DNA of 64,000 nt from Octopus sinensis. Taxonomy: Eukaryota. The stretch is from positions 118,172,001 to 118,236,000 of the forward strand of contig NC_042997.1 of NCBI RefSeq assembly GCF_006345805.1, given 5' to 3'. The notes under the pieces were generated by a model. It searched no databases, had not been told where the DNA came from, and saw nothing but the letters and a program-made list of their open reading frames with translations. This document shows positions 54,125-64,000 of the stretch, one piece after another (the first letter of the stretch is position 1; every line of letters starts with the position of its first letter). Position numbers and translations under genes: made by a program.

Positions 54125-56261
54125 ACGTTTTTTATCGTATCATTAGTAAAAAATAATTGTTTTGTCTATTGGATTTGCATGTGTAACGCTGTTCACTACA
54201 TTTTATATATTGCTGAAGAGGAATTTTGAGGTACCACATTGCTCTACTTGTACAAGGTGGTGAGCACTTCATGATATTCCAGGTACCAGGCACCCACTAA
54301 TGTATTTTTCTTTCATGACCCAGAACTGCAGCTCCGTCAAAGAATGAACCTCGGAGAAACGTGTCTTAAAAACGTTTACCCCTTTTGGTTCCCGTGCAGG
54401 AAAATGTGCAAGTGGTGCAGCCTCAGCGCGGGTTCGTGCATCTGCAGCAACAATATTCCGAGCACAGCTAGGCGCAAGGCTAGAAATTTTGAGAAGAGTG
54501 ATTTAGTCGATTACATCGAATTCGTACCAACGCTTTATATTCTGAGATCAAATCCCACGGAAGTGAGTCTTGTCTTTCATTCTAATAAGGTTGATAAAAT
54601 AAAACACAAGAGTCGTTCTGGAGTCAATTTGACTATTCTCTTCTACTCCTAAATTGCTAGCCTTATACCTAAATTTAAAATTAAAATTGAAAACCATTGT
54701 AAGGTATTTACTTGTGGGGGTAGGTTGAGCCGGCAGTGAGAACCGCTTGTTCGGTGTTTCAGTGAGGATATAAGTTCACATGTGGTTCCCTGTCACACGC
54801 ATGCACACTTTGTGATAGTGTGACCCGTAATAGCTCGTCTTACCGTCGATTGTCGACAGTTGCAAAGGATAAGTTATTTAGCAAGGGACTATAAAATTGG
54901 ACTATAAAATTAAGAGAAAGTTTCAAGTGAAGTCTTCTGTGCAGTTTCGTTTGCCAGTTGAGGGTCATTTTACTTCAAAAGAATAAGAAAAAATGTCGTT
55001 TTGGAAAGATACAATCAATGCAATGTCACTCATAAGTTGAACGCCAATGTGGGAGCCTCTACGGGATATAGCAACCAGATACTCTGGAAATCATATCTTA
55101 GTGTATTCTAAGTTGAAGGACACATGCATATAATATAAGCGAGGTTGTCAATAACAGAATCGCTAAGGAAATGCCACGGCTAGTACACCTTCCTTATGGC
55201 CGTTTCAGACACGACTTCATCAGAACAGCAGTGGAAATAAGAATCAACATTTAGAAGCTTTGAATATGCAAAACGAAAACGACGATGACGACGACGGTGA
55301 CGACGACAAACCAAATAGCAATACGATTTTAATAAAAAGTTAAAATACGGCAGAAACCAAACCAAGAATCTGCCAATATTCGGGATTGCGAACTGAGCAC
55401 TCATTCCAAAGAATCAACTATCTTTTGATCGTACATGGCGTGTATCAATATATTACGTACAAAATAATACAAGTCATTCTATTTGTAAGGATATTTGAAT
55501 ACTAAATGTCGTTATGGGATACAATTATTGCATCTGAAAGTGTTAGAAGGTGAACTTGTTGTGCAAAGGACAGCTGCTGTTAAAAATCTGAAGATGGCGA
55601 TATACAAACAATGATAAAACATTTAGTTCTAATTGCATCCGGGTATTAAAACTGACAAGCTTTATAAATACAGAAAAATGATGGCTGCGAAATTAATTTT
55701 TTCGATCAATAACGATAAATCAGTTTTCTGATTGTATTCCTTCACACAAACCGATATATTTTCAATAACGTCCCACGTAAATGGCCAGAATCCCAGAGGA
55801 GTGGGATGGGAACGAAATATAGAATTATTGATGGAAGTGGGCAGAGAGCGTGAAGGGAAGGACAAGATAGATATCAAGATAATAGACAGGGAGAGGAAGT
55901 AAGGGAAAAAGAATGGGAAGAGGAAAAGGAAGAGAAGAAACTATTTTGCACTATTGTGGTATTCAGAACAAGTATATCTGTGATTTACTGTTGCTATAAC
56001 AACAGTAACGGAAATAACATTAGAATAAAAATCGAAGTCACAACGCGGTTGATCAGATGCTAAAAACAGCAGCCGTATAGCCCTCAAACACATCAATACC
56101 TAAAGTAAGAAAATACACAGCAGGCCATGTACTTCCAGTAATGCCGTACACCGTACAAGACAGGATAGACACGTCAGCGTATAACACAGAAAGAGAAAAC
56201 TGTCAGAGCCGTCTTGGGGTTGGAGATCGATAACAAGAACAACAATTACGATAATAATCTT

Positions 56262-56812
56262 TTCTACTATAAGCACAAGGCCTGAAATTTTTGGGGAGGG
56301 GCCAGTCGATTAGATCAACCACAGTATGCAGCTGGTGCTTAATTTATCGACTCCGAAAGGATGAAAGGCAAAATCGACCTTGGCGTGCTAACGTTTCTTA
56401 TTTCTTTATTGCCCACAAGGGGCTAAACATAGAGGGGACAAACAAGGACAGATAAAGGGATTAATTCGATTACATCGACACCAGTGCGTAACTGGTACTT
56501 AATTTATTGACCCCGAAAGGATGAAAGGCAACGTCGACCTTGGCGGAATTTGAACTCAGAACATAAAGACAGACGAAATACCTATTTCTTTATTGCCCAC
56601 AAGGGGCTAAACACAGAGGGGACAAACAAGGACAGACAAACGGATTAAATCGATTGTATCGACCCCAGTGCGTAACTGGTATTTAATTTATCGACCCCGA
56701 AAGGATGAAAGGCAAAATCGACCCCGGCAGAATTTGAACTCAGAACGTAGCAGCAGACGAAATGCCGCTAAACATTTCGCCCGGCGTGCTAACGTTTCTG
56801 CCAGCTCACCAC
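56262..56812 (-). mobile_element. SINE family A trimer
   Basis: Head at 56812, junction at 56582/56583, third unit with the alternative tail. Confidence 0.85.
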
Positions 56813-58035
56813 CTTACAACTACGATAATAATGATAACAACAATAATAGTGATAATAATAATAATAGAAAGTAGAGAAATAAATAATGAATAAGTAGAAT
56901 CCCCAGTACCGGGCTGTCCACTTAGGGTAATCCGTGATAAACCCCCCACAAAAATTCCGGATTACTCTGCCAAATCCAAGACATGGGAAAATGCCTTCTT
57001 CCAATTTCTTTCCTCCTGCTTACAAAAGCATATTCAGAGTAGATACATTCAGCCTCACCACTCTTGCCACTTGTCTCGAACAAGCACTACCAAACACTAC
57101 TTTTGGAAATTGCCCACGATTTTGGACCCGAAGGTCTTATGGAAGTGACTACTCAGACTGTTCTCGTCGATACCTAAATTCAATCCTAGGCCATAATTAC
57201 TCAAACCCTCAACTAGCTCTCTCTGTAGAAATCTTGGTTTGTTTTCCTGCTAACGGTTTTGGGCAGCTGGTACAATGCAGTGAGCACCTGGCAACATTTT
57301 AGATGCCAAACGCCCAACCCTGGCCTACGTTTGATCCAAGACTGTAGCTCTGTCAGTGAGATGAGCTACGGAAAGACGTGTCGCACGAAAGACGCCCACA
57401 CCAATTCTCACTTATTTTCGTCGTCGACGTCTTCCACATCATCGCAATCATTTAGATATTTCTGTTGGTGCGACAGTCTCAAAGTATAAATTCTTATAAA
57501 GATTTTATCCTATTTTTCAACTGTAAATTTAACCGGAATATATTCAGTGATGAATTTTATTCCGAATAAACACGTGTACCGAGATGCAATTCGAAAAGCC
57601 CGCCTTTTACATAGACATATAAGGATGAACAATCATATGTACTATGCTGGATACATTTGGTGTTCGTCTGGTATGCTGATTTATTGTTAATTTTTATGTG
57701 ACTTGAATTATGCTTGCACTGAAGATTTAAAAGTACATTTTGTGCACTACTTATGAAATCATATGATATGCAGCTGAAATCTGTTTTTAAAATGCTCGCT
57801 TCGAGAGTTGTATTCCCTTGAATTCGGTACAATGTGTTTATTTATTATGGTAGTTTTGACTTTAAGAGTCCATCCTAGTATGTATAGTACTAGTATATGT
57901 ATAGTAATGCCCTTAATATAAGTAAATATATTTAAGAAGAAAAATTGATAGATTTTTCCCTTATGAGGTTTTTCACACTAACTATTTGATAAATTCTTAT
58001 AAAGATTTTATCCTATTTTCAATTGTATATATCTG

Positions 58036-58083
<48 letters not shown>

Positions 58084-58882
58084 TAGATATACATATAGCT
58101 GTAAGTATATTTATTGTAGATCAAGTAGAAAGATAGATTTGTTTTTATTCAATGTGTAAATACTGAACAGTATATATTATAAAGGATAAAATCTTTTTTA
58201 AGAGCAGAAAATTTTGCCGGTAGCCAGCCATGATGATCGAACTCACACCCCTCCAATATCCGGTTGGAGTGCTCTGCCGTTTAAGTTAAATTGCCCAACA
58301 GGCAAATTCTTCTGCAAATTTAGAAGTCATCCAGAAACGCTTGATGTGTGTGTGTGTGCGCGCGCGCGCGTGTGTGTTTGTGTGTGTGTATGTGTGTGTA
58401 TTTTAAGGGCTATAAAATATAAATATGATAACCAGTGCAAACATTATCTGATAAAGGACTTAATATATTGCGTATAGTGGACAGGTATGTTCATTATATT
58501 CGACATAGTAAACGCACAAAAACAAAAGACAACATAAACCCCAAATCCCAAACTACGGGTAGTTCTACCTCTTACATCCGTTTAACAACAAAATATTTCT
58601 GGGATAATATAGATACAAAGCTTTCTAATAATTACTAATCGACTGGAGATTTATTTCAAAGTTAACTACTTAGTATTTTGAGCGAATCGAAACAAAATAT
58701 AATTGATTGTAAAATAAAAACAGTATTAATGTGATTTAGAAAAGAAATAAAGCATTTAACCTACCTACAAGCACTAAAATTATATGATAGTTGCTGCCAA
58801 AAATTTGATTAGGTATCGAGTCTTATTCATTGTTTAACAATATGTAAGTATAAACATCCATCCATTCTTATGTATATGTATG

Positions 58883-58996
<114 letters not shown>

Positions 58997-59323
58997 AAAT
59001 ATATGTAAGTATATGTACACACATACATACATACATATATGTATGTTATTTGAAGTACATCGTTGATTGTACGACAAAGGTTAAACAAATTTACGGTTGC
59101 TAATATTTAGGTAGGTACACGGGTGATTAAAATGAATTGGGAGAGTTAGTGTATGAAAATAGGAGTTAAGTGAGGTTATGCGGCCTGTTTAATGAAAGTA
59201 AAAGTGATTTCGTTTTATATCGTGCCCATACAGTAATGTGTGTGGTGCGTATGTTTACCAGTATATATAAACATACACACATATACATGTATGTCATGTG
59301 TGTATATATATATATATATATAA

Positions 59324-59414
<91 letters not shown>

Positions 59415-59704
59415 CAGATATATATATATATACATGTATATGTGTGCGTGTGTATGTTTGCGTGTATGTGTGTGAGTGTGTGTACGTATGAGTGTGCATT
59501 TAGATATGTATGAGGCTATGCGCGCGCATGCGTGTTTATTGTATATGCACAAACACAATGTATATCGATCTATTTTCTCTCTCTCTCTCTCTCTAAATAT
59601 ATATATATGCATATATACATATATACATATATACATGTATATCTATATAGATATACGTATATTTATATAATAATAATGATGATGATGATGATGACGATGA
59701 TGAT

Positions 59705-59770
<66 letters not shown>

Positions 59771-59771
<1 letters not shown>

Positions 59772-60536
59772 GCCCAACATGTCATGTATGCCGACAAGAA
59801 AATGAAACCATTGATCATGTTGTCTCCAAATGCAGTCTTCTAGCGCCTATAGAATACCTCAACAAGCATGATAGAGCTGCACAATATATTCACTGGCTAA
59901 TTTGCAAAAACCTGGATTTGTCCCATGAAAAAACTGGTGGGAACACAATCCACCTCCAGTGCTTGAAAATGACCACATCTCACTCCTCTGGAACTTCACC
60001 ATTCAAACTGACAGAAAGATAGATGCAAATAGGCCAGACATCATATTGAAAGACTTCAGACAAAGAACATGCCTCCTCATTGATATGACTGTCTCAATCG
60101 ATATAAACGTATCTGTCAAGACCTACCAGAAACTGAGCAAATATAAAGATCTTGAAATAGAAATCAGCAAAATGTGGAACCTGAAGACTAAAACAATACC
60201 TGTTGTCATAGGTGCCCTGGGGATGATAGCGAAAGGGGCTGATTGCTACCTAACTCAGTACCAGGAAACCCCAAAATGGCAGAAATTCAAAAGATAGTGC
60301 TCATGGGAACTGCTCATATCCTACGCAAAATACTCTATATGTAATCCCAAGGTTTAAAACAAACTTTTTTTAAAAATTTATGTTTTAGACATTCACTAGT
60401 ACAACACCAAAAAACCCCCCAAATATATGGCACACTAGGCATAAGAACAACGTGAACTTCCAACTTGTTGTCTCTTGAAGTCTCTGGGTGAGACTTGGAG
60501 CCAACTTGTACAGACATAAAGCAAAAGTCAAACATA

Positions 60537-60537
<1 letters not shown>
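59771..60537 (+). mobile_element. R4/Dong-type RLE non-LTR retrotransposon, 5'-truncated
   Basis: CCHC knuckle CHVCRQENETIDHVVSKC, KHD, then ANRPDIILKD...LIDMTV...KLSKYKDL...IPVVIGALG...KIVLMGTAHILRKIL*, with two frameshifts; (AAT)n on both sides. Confidence 0.9.
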
Positions 60538-60614
<77 letters not shown>

Positions 60615-60616
<2 letters not shown>

Positions 60617-61117
60617 GCCCTGATGCAGTACCAGGCAGTGGCTCTCATGGCTTCTGATCTTAACTGATTGGAAGTGTTATCATGTACATTGTTTTGTCTT
60701 GGTATAAAAGATGGGCTACAGCAAATATTCTGCTCAATACCACAGATTTTCTTATCAGTTGTTTGACTTTAACCAGTTGAGCATGTCCCTTAGTGGCTGA
60801 CGATATGTGCATCTCTGATCACGGGCAGAAGTAGTGGGGGAGCATCATAGTCATGTGTTGAGAGGGATTCTTTGTGGTTTGAATAATTCACCTCTGGAAA
60901 CATGGGTGTTTCGTTCAACATCCTTAAAATTCTAACTGGGCTCCACCTGCAAGGCCATGTGCTGTTTATCTTGATATGAGATCACCATGTCGCGCACATA
61001 TGGTTGTGATGCATGTGCCTGGTGTACCCTTATCAGACAGGTAGTCATAATGGGTATACTGGGCTTCGTATATTTTACCCCAGTGTCACTTTGATGGCAT
61101 GCTCTGCTCGCTCACTC
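60615..61117 (+). repeat. Family G repeat, copy 1, bounded by (AAT)n
   Basis: Closely matches 61200-61630 plus 62055-62160; this copy has an internal deletion. Confidence 0.8.
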
Positions 61118-61199
61118 AATAATAATAATAATAATAATAGTAATAATGATGATGATAATAATAATAATAAATAAATAAATAAATAAATAAATAAAACGT

Positions 61200-61796
61200 T
61201 CTGATGCAGTACCTAAAATGCCCCGATGCAAGGCAGTGGCTCTCATGGCTTCTGATCTTAACTGATCGGAAGTGTTTTCATGTACATTATTTTGTCTTGG
61301 TATAAAAGATGGGCTACAGCAAATATTCTACTCAATACCACAGATTTTCTTGTCAGTTGTTTGACTTTAACCAGTTGAGCATGTCCCTTAGTGGCTGACG
61401 ATATGTGCATCTCTGATCACGTGCAGAAGTAGTGCGTGGGGGTTATCATAGCCATGTGTTGGAAGGAATTCTTTGTGGTTTGGATAATTCACCGCTGGAA
61501 AGATGGGTGTTTTGTTTAACCTTAAACAACTTTATTCAGGGACTTTTGAGCGGGATGGGCTACTCAACCTGAAAAATTCTTCCTGGCTCCACCTGCAAGT
61601 TCATGCGTTGTTTATCATAATATGAGATCATATAGGCGCAGGAGTGGCTGTATGGTAAGTAGCTTGCTAACCAACCACATGGTTCCGGGTACAGTCCCAC
61701 TGCGTGGCACCTTGGGCAAGTGTCTTCTGCTATAGCCCCGGGCCGACCAATGCCTTGTGAGTGGATTTGGTAGACGGAAACTGAAAGAAGCCTGTC

Positions 61797-61836
<40 letters not shown>

Positions 61837-62159
61837 TTGTGTGTCTGTGTTTGTCCCCCTAGCATTGCTTGACAACCAATGCTGGTGTGTTTACGTCCCC
61901 GTCACTTAGCGGTTCGGCAAAAGAGACCGATAGAATAAGTACTGGGCTTACAAAGAATAAGTCCCGGGGTCGATTTGCTCGACTAAAGGTGGTGCTCCAG
62001 CATGGCCGCAGTCAAATGACTGAAACAAGTAAAAGAGTAAAGAGTAAAGAGTATATGTCGCACACATATGGTTGTGGTGCATGTGCCTGGTTTACTCTTA
62101 TCAGACGGGTAGTCATGATGGGTATATTTTACTCCAGTGTCATTTTGAGGCCATGAACT

Positions 62160-62160
<1 letters not shown>
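61200..62160 (+). repeat. Family G repeat, copy 2, interrupted by SINE B
   Basis: Direct tandem copy downstream of an (AAT)n/(AAAT)n tract. Confidence 0.8.
61635..62050 (+). mobile_element. SINE family B nested in a family G repeat
   Basis: Family G breaks at gagatca and resumes at atgtcgcac after the SINE. Confidence 0.85.
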
Positions 62161-62203
<43 letters not shown>

Positions 62204-62753
62204 TGTCTCTCTCTCAATAATAATTATAACAATAGTAACGATAATTCTAGGATGCAGTTTATAAATATTCAATAATGGCCATGCTCGTTTCCGCAAATCT
62301 CATGATTTGGAAAATTGCGTAACGATGTATTAGGTATTCATAAATTCCATCACAGTATTCTTCTTCTTATATTTTTCCTACATTATAAGGGTATAACCAT
62401 GATGCAACCCCGAAAAAGAAGTTTTGTTTTGAGCCTTCAAGTCAACCCAACTAACTTAAATAAATAACACTTTGAAACAGTTTTTAAACACATAACGATA
62501 TTGTTTCATGATTGGAAAAATATTTGTATTTAGAGTGTAATTTAATAACATATAAACAGTTAAAATAAAAAGTAACTGAAAAATATCATAATAAGCACAA
62601 CCATTGACTAGTTGTGTCGGCCTGCGTCATCAGAGATCAGTTCGTGGTAAGTGTAACATGGCTCACAATTGAGCGTGACGTGCTATCCCGGATCAGCGAT
62701 AGTTAATGAGTCGGTGATAGTTAAGATAGTTGTATATCATCACACAAACACAC

Positions 62754-62838
<85 letters not shown>

Positions 62839-62859
62839 TGCGGATTACTGTTACCATTC

Positions 62860-63272
62860 ATCCGGAGTACACCACTCTAATCGTGATTGGAGATCATCAA
62901 AAATTTGTCCGTGACTCTTCTCGTCCTCTTTTTATCTTTCTTCTTTCTTCTACCTCCACTTTTCTCTCTTTGTCGCCACCATTTACACCTACACCAACAT
63001 TCACACCCTCTCACCATGCCTGCTTAGAAAGAACCTTTTCTTCACCCACTCCCTTCCGGTCATTTCAATATGTGACCGCGTGTGTAGTGTTGGCGATTTT
63101 CTTTCTCCACCTTCCCTTCATTCGACCTTTCCTTTTTCTATATTTCTGACGAAGAACTCCGCTCGAACGTTAAATCCCCCTTCTTTCTTTCCTTTCCTGA
63201 GCGTCCAGTAACATTATACTTGTTCCACGTCTTCGTGTTGTTGTGTTTTCTCTTTGTTTATGTTTGGATTCA
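62860..63272 (+). mobile_element. Penelope-like 3' end with hammerhead motif
   Basis: Pyrimidine-rich tract, then ATTT-CTGACGA-A-GAAC-TCC-GCTC-GAA-CG-TT^AAAT (63142-63175), one A short in GAAA. Confidence 0.6.
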
Positions 63273-63273
63273 C

Positions 63274-63414
<141 letters not shown>

Positions 63415-63784
63415 CTAGCAGTATCGCCCGGCGATGCTCGGGTTTGTTTCTCACCCTTTAGAATTGGAATTTTTGAAATGCAAAATTTTGCATTATGTAG
63501 CTTGTTATTCTCTTTAAGAGAAAAATTTTCTGGTTGAAATACAGCGAAGAAGTGCGACACAGCAGTCAAAAATAGGGATTTTCATAGAAAAAAAGCACCC
63601 TTTTGATGTAAATAAATTTTGGTGTTAACATGGTCCGATTTGAATTTTTTCTTCTACGGAAGGAAGAACAAGCCTTCTTCTATCATACTCTCAATTTTAG
63701 TCAACCTGTGTCGCAGGGTCTCGAGGAGATAGTGTTAGTTGAAGGCTAGCAAACCTGCCATACACAGAAAACTTCAGCTTTATA
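63415..63784 (-). mobile_element. Second copy of the same Helitron family
   Basis: Colinear with 33658-34049; hairpin cccgagcatcgccggg and CTAG|T; 5' end runs into a microsatellite. Confidence 0.85.
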
Positions 63785-63790
63785 CACACA

Positions 63791-63821
<31 letters not shown>

Positions 63822-63822
63822 C

Positions 63823-63863
<41 letters not shown>

Positions 63864-64000
63864 TTGTTTGCGTGTGTCTTATGTGTGTGTGTGTGTATGT
63901 AAAATGGAAATGGAAGTTGTTATAATGAACGTATTAATGTGCTGGGAGAAATGATATTGTTTATTGATATAATATAAACCGCAGCCATATGGCAATTAAT

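Noticed and set aside
58214-58300. tRNA gene on the minus strand
   Set aside because: B box and an anticodon-like stem are present but the acceptor stem does not form. Treated as a decayed SINE head, like all other tRNA-like heads here.
59959-60297. Stand-alone endonuclease gene
   Set aside because: Frameshifted part of the truncated Dong/R4-type LINE.

Overview
AT-rich, microsatellite-saturated animal DNA. The repeat complement (four tRNA-headed SINE families, RTE-BovB, CR1-like, Dong/R4-like, Penelope-like elements, non-autonomous Helitrons) is what I associate with octopus genomes; that assignment is inference from recalled repeats, not from a search. One protein-coding gene is convincing: a TMEM121/CECR6-family multi-pass membrane protein on the minus strand (about 24292-23228, one coding exon behind a strong splice acceptor). 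Almost all other ORFs in the track are microsatellite or repeat translations. The most interesting signal is a Penelope-like element (5384-6710) with an intact GIY-YIG ORF, inverted pseudo-LTRs and two identical minimal hammerhead ribozymes carrying a U3:A8 core variant. About a dozen further hammerhead or hammerhead-like motifs from several unrelated families are scattered across the window, several inside ORF-less palindromes. Also present: a SINE that recurs as multimers with one fixed junction, an (AAT)n tract with stacked insertions, a CpG/ETS-rich candidate promoter and first exon near 49 kb, several old foldbacks, and a 100-N gap flanked by a probable false duplication. All alignments and folds were done by eye; repeat boundaries are approximate.
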